Of a DNA stretch of 64,000 bases, positions 22,523-35,520 are shown in pieces. The DNA is from the human T2T-CHM13v2.0 reference genome, Homo sapiens. Position 1 is the stretch's first letter; each line of letters opens with the position of its first letter. The translations under genes were made by a program, and so were the position numbers. The stretch lies in the NCBI RefSeq assembly GCF_009914755.1, contig NC_060925.1; one strand, given 5' to 3'. Below the pieces are notes generated by a model, which saw only the letters and a list, made by a program, of their open reading frames with translations, had not been told where the DNA came from and made no database searches.

Positions 22523-25500
22523 TAGACATAGGATTATGTCATCTGCAAACAAAGATAGTTTGACTTTCTCTATTCCTATGTGAATACCCTTTATTTCTTT
22601 CTCTTGCCTGATTGCCCTGGCCAGAACTTCCAATACTATGTTGAATAGGAGTGGGCAGAGAGGGCATTCTTGTCTTGCACCAGTTTTCAAGGGGAATGCC
22701 TTCAGATTTTGCCCATTCAGTATATTGGCTATGAGTTTGTCATATATGGCTTTTATTATTTTTAAATATGTTCCTTCAATAACTAGTTTAGTAAGAGTTT
22801 TTAACAAGAAGCAATGTTGAGTTTTATCAAAAGCCTTTTCTGCATCTGTAGAGATAATCATTTGGTTTTTGTCTTTAGTTCTGTTTATTCTGATGAATCA
22901 CATTTTGTCTTTAGTTCTGTTTATTCTGGTGAATCATATTTGTTGCTTTTCATCTGTTGAACTAAACTTGCATCCCCGGGATGAAGCCTACTTGATCGTG
23001 GTAGATAAGCTTTTTGATGTGTTGCTGAATTCTGTTTGCCAGTATTTTATTGAGGATTTTTGCATCAATGTTTATCAAGGGTATTGGCCTGAAGTTTTCT
23101 TCTCTTCTTGTTGTATCTCTGCTAGGTTTTGGTATGAGGATGATGCTGGCCTCATAGAACGAGTTAGGGAGGAGTCCCTCCATTTCAAATTTTTGGAATA
23201 GTTTCAGAAGGAATGATACCAGCTCCTCTTTTTACCTCTGGTAGAATTCAGCTGCAAATCTGTCTCGTCCTGGGCTTTCTTTGATAGGTAGGTAGGTTAT
23301 TTATTACTGCCTCAATTTCAGAACTCATTATTGGTCTCTTCAGGGATTCAATTTCTTCCTGATTCAGTTTTGGGAGGGTGTACGTGTCCAGCAATTTATC
23401 CATCTCTTCTAGGTTTTCTAGTTTCTATGCATAGAGGTGTTTACATAGTATTCTCTGATTGTTTTTTATTATTATTATTTCTGTGATTTCTGTGTGGTCA
23501 GTAGTGATATCACCCTTATCATTTCTGATTGTGTTTATTTGATTCTTCTCTCTCTTTATTAGTTTAGCTAGTGGTCTATTTTATTAATTTTTTCTGGCCC
23601 CCCCCAAAAAAACTCCTGGATTCATTGATTTTTTTAAGGGATTTTGTGTCTCTGTCTCCTTCAGTTCATCTCTGATGTTGGCTATTTCTTGTCTTCTGCT
23701 AGTTTTGAAGTTTGTTTGCACTTAGTTCTCTAGTTCTTTTAGTTGTGATGTTATGCTGTTAACATGAGGTCTTTCTAGCTTTTTAAAATGGACATTTAGT
23801 GCTATAAATTTCCCTCTTTTAGTGCAATAAATTTCCCTCTCAACACTGTGTTAACTGTCCTAGAGACTCTGTTACATTGTATCTTTGTTCTCTTTAGTTT
23901 CAAATAACTTCTTGGTTTCTGCCTTATTTTTATTATTTACTCAAGAATAATTCAAGAGCAGGTTGTTCAATTTCCTTGTATTAATAGTTGTGTGATTCTG
24001 AGTGAATTTCTTGTTCTTGAGTTCTAATTTGATTGTGCTGTGGTCTGAGAGGTCATGTGTTATGATTTCAGTTCTTTTGCATTGGCTGAGAAAGCTTCTG
24101 AAGCTGATAAGCAACTTTAGCAAAGTCTTAGGATACAAAATCAATGTGCAAAAATCACAAACATTCCTATACGCCAAAAACAGGCAAGCCAAGAGCCAAA
24201 TCATGAATGAACTCCCATTTATAATTGCCACAAAAAGAATAAACTACCTAGGAATACAGCTAACAAAGGAAGTGAAGGATCTCTTCAAGGAGAGCTACCA
24301 ACCACTGATCAAAGAAATCAGAGATAACACAAACAAATAGAAAAACATTCCATGGTCATGGATATGAAGAATCAATATCATAAAAATGGCCATACTACCC
24401 AAATCAATTTATAGAGTCAATGCTATTCTCATTAAGCTATCATTTACATTCTTCATAGAATTAGAAAAAAAGTATTTTTAAATTCATATGGAACCAAAAA
24501 AGACAATCCTAAGAAAAAAGAACAAAGCTGGAGGCATCAGGCTACCTGGCTTCAAACTATACTACAAGGATACAGTAAGCAAAACAGCATGGTACTGGCA
24601 CAAAAACAGACACATAAAACAATGGAACCGAATAGAGAACAAGAAGTAAGACCACACATCTGCAACCATCTCATCTTTGACAAACCTGACAAAAACAAGC
24701 AATGAGGAATGGATTCCCTATTAAATAAATGATGTGGGGGGAAACTGGCTAGCCATATACAGAGAATTGAAACTGGACCCCTTCCCTATACCATATACAA
24801 AAATCAACTCAAGATGGATTAAAAACTTAAATGTAAAACCCAAAACTATAAAAACCCTGGAAGAAAATCTAGGCAATACCATTGAGGACATAGGCACAGG
24901 AAAAGATTACATGACGAAGATGCTAAAAGCAATTGCAACAAAAGAAAAAATTGATAAATGGGATCTAATTAAACTAAAGAACTTCTGCACAGCAAACTAT
25001 CATAAGAGTGAACAGACAACCTAGAGAATGGGAGAAAATATTTGCAATCTATCCATCTGACAAAAGTCTAACATCTAGCATCTACAAGGAACTTAAAAAA
25101 AATTTACAAGAAAAAAACGAACAACTCCATTAAAAAGTGGGCAAAGGACATGAAAAGACACCTGTCGAAAGAAGACATTTATGTGGCCAAAAAACATATG
25201 AAAAAAGCTCAACATCACTGATCATTAGAGAAATGCAAATCAAAACCACAATGAGATACCATCTCATACCAGTCAGAATGGCTATTATTAAAAATCAAAA
25301 AACAACAGATGCTGGAGAGGCTGCAGAGGAAAAGGAACACTTTTACACTGTTAGTGAGAGCGTAAAGTAGTTCAACCATTGTGGAAGACAGTGTAGTGAA
25401 TACTCAAAGACCTAAACGCAGAAATACCATTTGACCCAGCAATTTCATTACTGCATGTATACCCAAAGGGACATAAATCACTCTATTATAAAGATACATG

Positions 25501-26011
25501 CACACATATGTTCACTGCAGTACTATTCACAATAGCAAAGATATGGGACCAAAGTAAATGTCCATCAGTGATAGACTGGATAAAGAAAATGTGATACATA
25601 TACACCATGGAATATTATGCAGCCATAAAAAGGAATGAGATAATGTTCTTTGCTGGGACATAGAAAGAGTTGGAAGCCATTATCCTCATCAAACTAACAC
25701 AGAAACAGAAAACTAAACATCACATGTTCTCACTTATAAGTGGGAGCTGAATGATGAAAACACATGGACACGTGAGGGGGAACAACACATACTGGGGCCT
25801 GTCCTCCAACAGGTCTGGGGTGGGAGGAGGGAGAGTATCAGGAAGACTAGCTAATGGATGCTGGGCTTAATACCTAGGTGATGAGATGATCTGTGCAGCA
25901 AACCACCACGGCACATGTTTACCCATGTAACAAATCTGCACATCCTGTACCTATAACCCTAAAACTAAAATAAAAGTTGGGAAAAGAAACTAAAATAAAA
26001 GTTGAGAAAAG
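22523..26011 (+). mobile_element. L1PA13-like element with 5' inversion (22523-24090 inverted, 24091-26011 sense)
   Basis: Minus-strand ORF2 RT (…[11 protein letters not shown]) abuts + strand [12 protein letters not shown]; L1PA11-14-type 3'UTR; TSD aaaaagcaaagat/aaagagcaaatat. Confidence 0.93.
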
Positions 26012-26474
26012 AAAGAGCAAATATCAAAAGTAATCAAACATTAAAAATTCAAAATAAACATCCAAACCTACTTTGTTTTCCTAAGGAACATAGGTCTATC
26101 AGCCATGACTAAAGGAATAAAATATGTACATTGTTCAATATCATTCAATTTGGCCAAATTTTCCTCCATAATTACCAGCCAAGAACCAAATTCTGACTTT
26201 ACATAAGTACTACTGACCTTCCCATAAATAACTATTTTAAGAGGTATGCAGGAGATCGGCGATAAGGGAAAACTTATTGGAGAAAGTGACATTTAACGTA
26301 AGTGCTTAATAGATGTTCCTCCTCCTCCCACACATATGTATAGACAGGACCTTGAAAGCCTAAAGACATTATTTCCAAAAGGTTATTCTAGGAACAGGTG
26401 GAGGGGTTGGGGGTATGTTGCTAAAAATTTGATTATGATCCTAAGTACTTTCCCCCTGTTTATTCTCTTCTAGA

Positions 26475-26625
26475 ATCCTAGAATTTTAAAGCTGGAAAGG
26501 GCCACAGAGATCTCAATCTAAATTTTATGAGTGAGAAAAATCAAATCCAGAGAGTGTCAGTAATATGTTTATCTATGATCACACAGCTGGAAAAGCTGGG
26601 CCAAAACTGAAACCTGTCTTATTCT
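26475..26625 (-). mobile_element. MIR/MIR3
   Basis: tagaattttaaagctggaaagggcc...atgatcacacagctggaaag...ggccaaaactgaaacc. Confidence 0.55.
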
Positions 26626-27200
26626 TTTTCCATAAACCCAGAACCAAGCACCAAAAAAGATCTCTAGAACTGCTTTAGGTCCAGAATGATAATTATCTTT
26701 AGAGATAACACTACTCCTCTCTATCAAGGGTAGGCTAGGCCTTTCTTTGACTATAATCTTGCTACAGTTCATTCACAGTGACATTATCATCCACTCCGAA
26801 CTCTTTCCTTCCTCTGTCACTTGTCCCTAAGTTTCCTGGAAAATTAGGTTGAATAACAATGATAGGAAATAATAAATGATCAATCTTTATTAATACTGAT
26901 GACTATGGTCTTCAAATTATTTTATATTTTTATATACCCTAATCGTGTTCCAGGCAGTTTAGCAAATAGCATAAGTAATGCCTTGCCCTGTAACTAACAT
27001 ACAGGCAATGGACAATGAAAGTATTTTCCATGTAATGTTCACATATCTTTAAACTACAGAAAAGTGCAGGATCCACTTGGATTTTGAAGCCTGACACATT
27101 ATGAAAGGAGACATTTCTGTCAATCGTTTGATCTCCAAGATACTTATCTCATTAAAATCCAGGATTCTTTGATGATCATATTGGCTGAATGAAAACTTAC

Positions 27201-27208
27201 CCATGGCA
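27201..27208 (-). other. Candidate exon (A) 3' end or 8-nt microexon with a Kozak ATG
   Basis: Minus strand: ttccctaacag|TGCCATGG|gtaagt; GCCATGG directly before a consensus GTAAGT donor. Confidence 0.25.
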
Positions 27209-28944
27209 CTGTTAGGGAATTATTATGAGCCAAGAATGTTATTTTTTATTTTGTCTTTAAATTTTCCTTTTTGAATACGCAAAATATGTTCCTTAAAATC
27301 TTACTACTTTCATCATCTTCCTTAAGCACACATTTTAATGAGACTAGGAAAATGCTTATTTTGTTTTTGCAAAGAGAACTGAACAAATCAGGTAAAAGAA
27401 CTCTAGTTTTAACTTAATTAAAGCTAAATTAAGTGTGTGCCTTTTTGCTTATTTAAATGGCTGAATGTTTTTGCTTGTGTTATTGTTCTTGGCCCACACT
27501 GATTTTCACTGCCTGTAAAGCCCAAATTTACTAGATATTTGCTAACTCTACAATTCATTCTAAGTCAGAAATACTTAGCTAAAAATATACACACAAGTCT
27601 TCTGATTTTGCATGATACATTTATTTATGGACAGTGTAGGTTCATGACTAGGAAAAAAAGAAAGAAAAAAACTTGTGTTCAAATTGGTTAATAGTTCTCC
27701 TTCCATCTTTATATAAGGGAGGCCTGAAAACTTGTTCTACTTTTTACCTCTCTCAAGAGTTATTTTAGAATAACTATTTACAAATTCCCTAGAACGAGGA
27801 AAATACAAATTTGTCTATATTCAAAGGGGATTTAAAAGATAAGACAATATTTTTGTTCATCTCTTACATGTATGCAAAATGTTCTTTCACAATTGCATAA
27901 GCTAAATAGTATTCAATAGTTATGAAAAGGTGCTCTTCACCACCCACTCCACCAGTTCCCTATTTAATTATTCATAGAAGAAATTAATTGAGTAAAAAAC
28001 AATCTGCTGTTCATTTGCCTAAAATAGAAGCTACATTATCAAGAATGATGAACTATAGCTAAGAGAAAGTAAGAAATGCAAATATCCTTTATTAGTACAA
28101 AGAAAAAAGAATGCGTATTTCCTCAAAATAAAGTAGACTGTCAGCTACACCCGATACTGTGTAATTCAGGGCTGTTTGAACTTTTTGGTTCTTTTTCCTA
28201 CTCTCATCCCACTTCTGGAAAGGGAACTATTCATAGTGGAGGATAAAGGTTACCTAATAAGACTATTATAGAAGGTATATAATTTACAGCCATTATATCC
28301 TACATCTATATAATTTCTATAACTGTTTAGTATAAATAGTAGAAAACACTTCAGTATGTTGGCTCTGTGTGTTTCCCCATTATACCATTTGTAAGTTACA
28401 ATCATATGTTTTTAGCCTAAACTTTTCTTTGTATATGGTATTAAAATCCACAGTCAAGTCAGATCAAGTTGGGATATATTTTATGCAAGGGTCATCTAGA
28501 AGCTTAAGTATACAAAAACAACCAACCCTAAGAAGCTAACTCATATAATTATCTCTTTTGAAGCTTCCATAACTTGTTACTAGCATGCTATTTCTTATCT
28601 TAAAATTCTTGCTAAACATCACTTGTTTAGGGACAAAAAAAATCTAACACATGTTTTGTTCCGTCAGTGTATTTTTCACAGTCCCATATCTCAAAAAGAA
28701 ATCTACAGCAGATGAAGCTTACGTACACTATAACAAGTCTAGCCGTGTGAAATGTGATTTGCCATCATTACATTACACATGGAAGACAAGTTGACTCCAC
28801 TGTGAATTTTTCATCAGCCAAGCAAAAGACTAATTGAAAAAATAGTTCAAGTTTTAAAACTTTACTACTAATGTATGTGTTTATTAGGCATATTCTGAAT
28901 AGAACTTAACTAACAGAGCATGGCCTGGCTATCAGACTTTACTG

Positions 28945-29170
28945 GATTGGATTATATAATGCAAAGAGAACTGCACCTGCAGTTAAAATAATTAGGTTTG
29001 AGTCCTTCTTCATTGATGTGTTGTGTGGCCTAAAGCAAGTCTCAACCTCTCTGTACCCCCATTTTCCATGTATTTTTTCATTATCAAATAAAACTAATTT
29101 GCAAATAAGTTAAAGAAGTGGAAGGCATTTGGAAAATTTGGAAGTTCCATATAAACACAGATAATTACTA
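28945..29170 (+). mobile_element. MIR3-like
   Basis: ggtttgagtcc...tgtgtggcctaaagcaagtctcaacctctctgtacccc. Confidence 0.55.
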
Positions 29171-29918
29171 TTGTTGCTATCCAGGCATTCTAAGAAAAGG
29201 ATTCTTAGCTTGTGTTGTAGCTATTGATTGTACACACATTTATAGGCAAATATTAATATGCTTAAATTGGGGTTAAAGGATGGAATCATGTGAATAATTG
29301 AGGATTTTGCCTTTCCTGAGACCAGTCTACACAGCGCAAAACAGGGTGGAGCATTTCTACATGGAAATCTCCACACAGCCAAACTCAAGCTAGGCTAGAA
29401 AATCTCACTATCAATTAAAAACTTCTTTAAAATCTTAAGTGTTTTTATCATTGCTTCAAGTTTCTCACTGGTTTAGGAAACCCAGCCATCATTGATCTAG
29501 TAGTTCTCATTCATTCATTCATTACTGAAAAGTTTGGCTATCATCTTCCAGCTAAACTGTAGTCATAAAACAATAACAAAAAAAGCCTAAAAATCAAAGT
29601 TTATAAAAATTGAGTAATTTCTCAGAACAAGAGAAACATCTAGAGACACTGTGTCCTCTTCTTTCTGCTCCTAACATTGTACACTTGCCAAATGTTTAAA
29701 AACTGCATCTAGTCATACTCCAATATCCAATCTATCCAGCAGAGAAAACACCTGTTGTGGCTTCAGAAATACAATAGGAAGGAAAATTAATAGATTGCCA
29801 CTAGCCAGAATGTTTTAGTAGAAACAGAAAATACATTGATATACCTCTCAGAAGATACTCAACTGCTTTTCACTCCAAAATAAACCACAGTGATATCCCC
29901 ATAGAGTTAGGTAGGTAA

Positions 29919-29954
29919 TTAGGTCGGTGCAAAAGTAATTGTGGTTCTTGCCAT
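29919..29954 (+). mobile_element. MADE1/Hsmar1 single terminal inverted repeat (half element)
   Basis: ttaggtcggtgcaaaagtaattgtggttcttgccat versus TTAGGTTGGTGCAAAAGTAATTGCGGTTTTTGCCAT (33/36); second arm absent. Confidence 0.88.
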
Positions 29955-30449
29955 ACATAAGATTATCAGTAGAGGTTCAGTGGAACCTCTATATATTATT
30001 AAAATCCCAAAGAAGTATGCTGCCTCAAGTTCAGTGTAATATCAAGTATTGTTCCAAATTCCAAGACCAAAAGAATGCTAGAAGTAAGCTAACTAGCTTT
30101 TCATACAAAGCTAAAAAGATATTAATTAAACCACTTTTAGGACAGAAACAAAGCTTTCTGCTTCTTTTGTGTGCCACCTAACATCTAATCTGAAGATACA
30201 GAAATTTAATACATGGCTATTGTTTGACTAAAGGTACATAAGTAAGATTTCAAAAACTCTGACTTATATATTAGATTAATGTAGTCTGAAATAAACTATT
30301 CTTATTAATCAGTGACTCAGATAATAAGTGATGTGTATCCCATACAGTTAAGAACATTTATCAAATCATGAGAACATATTAGAATTTTCTGGAAGTAAAT
30401 TGAACTTTTTTTCAGTGTTTCAGTAAGCCCATCAAAATATCATGGGTCT

Positions 30450-30670
30450 TTAAAATAAAGAAAATTTTACTGTTTGCCAAATACTATGTTAAACCATTTA
30501 TATGTATTAACTAGCTTTAACCATTTTACTACTTGTGAGGAAGGCAGTATTTTCTCCATTTCACAGATGAGAAAACTAGCCACACAGCTTGTAGATGTTG
30601 AAAACAAAACCCAATTCCAGATTGGCCTACCTCCAAGACTGGTACAGTAATCTTAACCATTACACTATAC
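30450..30670 (-). mobile_element. MIR
   Basis: ctccatttcacagatgagaaaact...tcttaaccattacactatact. Confidence 0.7.
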
Positions 30671-32117
30671 TACCACACTATCTTCTTTGGAGGCTCACAG
30701 CTCTGCATAACAAATATTATGGCTTAAAATGCACAGCAGAAAAACCCCTGCAATTGATAGAATTCTTCCAAGGTCCATGCCACCAGGGTTCAAAGACTAG
30801 CGGAACACCAAACGGAAAAAATCTCTGGTTAAATCTGGCTAAAGGAGACAAAGCCTGAAGAAGATTGCAGGGCTGCAAGTCAGAAAATGTTGATCCAATA
30901 ACCTGCCTAACTGTCTATAGCTGCTAATCCTCCAGCAGGATTAGTTGACTGCAACTCTGATGGGAGGCAGTTGTTTAAGATTGCTTCTGGGTAGCCATAT
31001 TTCTATTATCTCCCTTTTATGGAGGGACACCATAAACTGCACCATGCTCTAAGGTCAGAAGCAGTTCTCATAGGCTTTTCTAGCTGCTTCCTCCAGGGCA
31101 ACTGGCTGAGGACACATGACTAAGGGAGTAACCTAAGTAACTTGAGCACTGGTTTAAGAGCTGGAGTTTGTTGCTTGCAAGAGTGTGTGCCCAACAGACT
31201 TCCAAAACAGATCTGCCAGCACACAGCCAGACTACCCAAATTGCTTTTCTCTGCTGTGTGGCGGTCAGGCAGAAAAGGATGGTTGCCAGCAATATACCAG
31301 CTACCACAGGTGGAATGCCCAGCAATCCTAATCTGAAGAAATATTTCAGAACTTTTATTTCACAGTTTTGTCCTTTTCTATTAGTTATGTAGGAGCCTCT
31401 TAGCTAAACCCTAACAGATGTCTCTTTAAAATGTTATTAATGCCAAACTGAAAGTGACCTTAATCTCTATAGAATTAATGTTATTTTTCCTGCAAGTGAA
31501 AGGAAAATCAAAAACAGAAGAAATTCAATTCAGAATGCTACTGCTTAAAATATTAAATACCACTACATAACATCAATGCCCTCATTAATGAAGAAAATAT
31601 GTTTGTTTTTATGTTTAAACCATATGAATATATGCATATTACATAATTAGAAATAAAATGCATGTGCATATCTTTTACTTTCTTGAGCTTGGCAAATAAG
31701 AAGAAGGTGGCTTCTCTATATAAATGTTTTATTTCTTTACAATTCCTGAAAAGAATATATGTACACAAATATTTTATATGGCTACTAGACTGCAGCATTT
31801 TTACCCCAAAAAATTAAATATGGTTGCATTTAACACTACAATTCCAAGTTAAGAAATCCGTAATTATAATGTCACTAAGAAAATCATAATTTTGGGGGGG
31901 AAGATAAACTACTTTTTTATATCAATTATATGACAAAATTAGAAAAAATATACTTACCTCATTTTTTAATTGCCTATAAATATTCCCTATAACTACCCTT
32001 CAAAACATTTTTCACTCATTTATCTAGCATATTAGCTATTATGTAAAAGGCATAAAATTGGCATTTTAATTCTATTTATCCAAAAATTATTATAATTAAT
32101 TCTCCCTAACAGAAATA

Positions 32118-32608
32118 CAGTTGACCCTTGAACAACATGAGGGTTTGGGGTACTGACACTCCATGCATTCAGAAATCCACATCTAACTTTTGACTCCCCA
32201 AAACTTAACTACTAATAGCCTGCTATTGACCAAAAGCCTTACCATAACATGAACAGTCAACCCATATTTTGTATGTTATATGTACTATATACAATATTCT
32301 TAAAGTAAGCTAAAGACAATGTTATTTTAAAAATTATAAGTTAGAAAAAATATATTTACTATTCATTAAAGGGAGTAGATAATCATAAAGGACTTCATCT
32401 TCATGGTCTTCACATTGAGTAGGCTGAGGAGGGTGACAAAAAATAGGGAATGGTCTTGCTGTCTCAAGGGTGGAAGAGGCCGAAAAAGTAGAGGAGGTGG
32501 AAGAGGAGGCAGGAGAGGCAGGCACAGTTTGGTGTAATTTTTATTTTTTAAAAAATCTGCTTATAATTGGGCCCACACAGTTCAAACCTGTGTTGTACAA
32601 AGTTACAA
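32118..32608 (-). mobile_element. Tigger2a-like DNA transposon
   Basis: TA|cagttgacccttgaacaac TIR; other end cacagttcaaacctgtgttgtacaaag...|ta; gaggaggtggaagaggaggcaggagaggcagg tract. Confidence 0.85.
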
Positions 32609-32919
32609 TATCCCTACTTCTATTTTCACATCTAGAATAATTTAGTTATTTTATTTTAGATATGATTCTGTAGTGTCTATGATTTCTCTAAATAAGAAAG
32701 TAGCCCCAAAGATTTCTCACAGCAGCACTAAGGGAAATATCTGCAGAGGTAAAGAAGAACATATATTTCTCCTGCCAAGAATGTCTCTACCAGGAGAGCC
32801 CTTTGATCTTAATTTAGTCTGCATCCACATTCTAGACCCTACTCTTTCTCCACATCTCTGTGAGGTAGAGATCAGCAGAATGCAATATTGCCCATGTTGT
32901 CTCTCCAGTGAGACTTCCT

Positions 32920-33110
32920 AGGTGTGAATATTAGCTTTGCAATTTACTAGCCAGGTAACCCTGGACAAGTTACTTGACCTTTCAAACTTCAATTTCCTTT
33001 GCTGTAAAATTTGGCTAATAAAAGTACCTACCAAATGTCAAATAATGTATACAAGGCACTTAGTAAAATTATTGACAAGTAGTAAATAGTCACTACATTT
33101 AGATTTTAGT
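32920..33110 (+). mobile_element. MIR
   Basis: tttactagccaggtaaccctggacaagttacttgacc...ctgtaaaat...aaggcacttag. Confidence 0.7.
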
Positions 33111-35195
33111 ATCATATCTATGAGATCATCCAGAGAGTTGAGGAAGGTATATTTACATTAGTGAGCAGTAGAACAGATGGCAGAAACAAGTTCTGTCACC
33201 AAGTCTAATGCTGTTTCTAATGATATACATTAAATGTCCCTGAATAATGCCATACAGAAATGAACTAAAAAAAATTATCTTTTCACAAGAAGAGAATCTG
33301 AAGTTGAATGCCAGACTTCAATAGCATTGCTAAAAAAAAGAAAATGTGAAGAGGTTAGGAATTGGGATCCTCAGGAGGAATATATTTTTTTCATTAGTGT
33401 CAGCCAAAGTAAACAGAGAATAAGCAAGAAGATACACTTTTGGGATGGCAAAATAAGAACTTCATATAATGATAAAGTAAAGACCTCAGAAAACCCACTC
33501 CTCCTAAAAAGCAACGTGAACACTGGAAAGAATTGCCAAAATCAACCATTTTCAGAACTTTGGAAATTAACTTAAAGCTTGCAACAATCCAAGAAGTGTT
33601 TATTTTAAAAAGAAAAAAGACTGACTCTCACTGACCACTAAGCCAACTAAACAGAGATTTAAATGGCCACATACAATCAAAAAACAGACTTTACAGAATT
33701 AATACTGGAAAGTCACTTGACAAAAAGAAACAACAGCAAAAAACCCCTGAGAAGGAAGAATGTGATTTCAAAAATTGTCCCATTATATTGTCTTAAATGT
33801 CTAGTTTTGAGAAAAATATTATGAGACATGCAAAGAAAAAAGAAAGTATGGCCCATACACAGCAGGGGAAAGCAATCAACAGAAACTATGACTGAAGATA
33901 TCCAGATGTTGGACATACTGGACAAAGACTTTGAACATAAATTTGTTCAAAGAACCAAAATAATACTGTCTAAAGAAGTAAAAAGAAATATGAGAATAAT
34001 GCTTCACCAAAAAAAAAATACCAGTAAAAGGATAGAAATTATTTTAAAGTTGCTAATAGAAATTCTAGAGCTATAAAGTATAACTAAATTTTGCTAACCT
34101 GCCAGAAGGTCTCAACAGAAGAATGAACAGATTAGCAAAAGAATTAATCAGCAAACTTGAAAACAGGCCACCATCAATTGCTATCATTTAGTCTGAATAT
34201 CAGAACAAAAATAAAAGAAAAATGAACAGAGTCTCAGAGACCTAGAGGACGACATCAAGCATACCAAGATATGCATAATGAGAGGAGAGAGATAAAGGGA
34301 TTAGAAGAATATTTGAAGGAAAATAGCCAAAATTTCCCAATTTGGTGAAAAACATTAATCTATACAATAAGAAGCTCAAGAAACTCCACGCAAGATAAAC
34401 TCAAAAGAATTAACACTTAGACACATATAGTCAATATGTTGAAAACTAAAGACAAAGAGAGACTATTCAAAGCAACAAGAGGAAACAAGTTATCACATAT
34501 AAGGGATCCTCAATAAAATTAGCAGCTAATTTCTCATCAGAAACCATGGAACCAAGTAACTAATAGGAGAATATATTCAAGGTGCTGGAAAAAAAAAAGT
34601 GTCAACCAAGGATTCCAAAATTATCGTTCAGAAATGAAGAAGAAATTAAAACACTCATATTTAAAAAAAACAGAAAAATGAAAACAAAAAACATAATTTG
34701 TCACTAATAAACCTTCCCTATAAGAAATACTAAAAGAAGTCATTTTAGCTAAAATAAATGGTCACTACACAATAACTCAGATCCACACAAAGAAATAAAG
34801 AGCACCAGCAAAGGTAACTGTATGCGTAAAAAAAAAAAAAAGACCATAAAAATGTTTGTAACTCTTTTCTTCTTTTATCTGATTTAACAGACAACTGCAT
34901 AAAACAATAATTATGTGTTGATGAACCTAATTATATGAAATGTAATTTACATAACAGGAAATAATGCAATATTACAGCAAAGTTTTTATATACTATTGAA
35001 ATTAAGTTGGCATTAATCCAAACTAGATTGTGTTAAGGTAAGATGGGAATTGTAATCCTTAGGGCAACAAGTAAGAAAATCACTCAAAAAAAAAAAATAC
35101 AATAAAAGAAGCAATGAGAAAATTAGACTGGCATGCTATAAAATATCTATTTGACATAAAAGAAGGCACAAGTGGAAAAATAAAAAAATAAAAAG

Positions 35196-35520
35196 GGCCA
35201 GGTACGGTGGCTCACACCTGTAATCCCAGCACTTTGGGAGGCCGAGGCGGGCGGATCACAAGGTCAGGAGATCGAGACCATCCTGGCTAACATGGTGAAA
35301 CCCTGTCTCTACTAAAGATACAAAAATTAGCTGGGCATGGTGGCAGGTGCCTGTAGTCCCAGCTACTCAGGAGGCTGAGGCAGGAGAATGGCGTGAACCC
35401 AGGAGGCAGAGCTTGCAGTAAACTGAGATTGCACCACTGCACTCCAGCCTAGGCAACAGAGCAAGACTCTGTCTCAAAACTAAATAAACAAATAAATAAA
35501 TAAATAAATAAATAAATAAA
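35196..35520 (+). mobile_element. AluY
   Basis: ggagatcgagaccatcctggctaac, gaatggcgtgaacc, gagcttgcag; (aaat)n tail. Confidence 0.93.

Noticed and set aside
22867-22938. 36-bp direct repeats as a CRISPR-like array
   Set aside because: Two adjacent copies with no spacer, inside an L1 in a primate genome
31080-31325. 81-aa hydrophobic minus-strand ORF (LGIPPVVAGILLATILFCL) as a membrane microprotein
   Set aside because: Non-ATG start, no recognisable homology, overlapping ORFs in other frames; expected by chance
31951-31975. Strong minus-strand donor GAG|gtaagt as another microexon
   Set aside because: The nearest acceptor lacks a pyrimidine tract; no supporting frame
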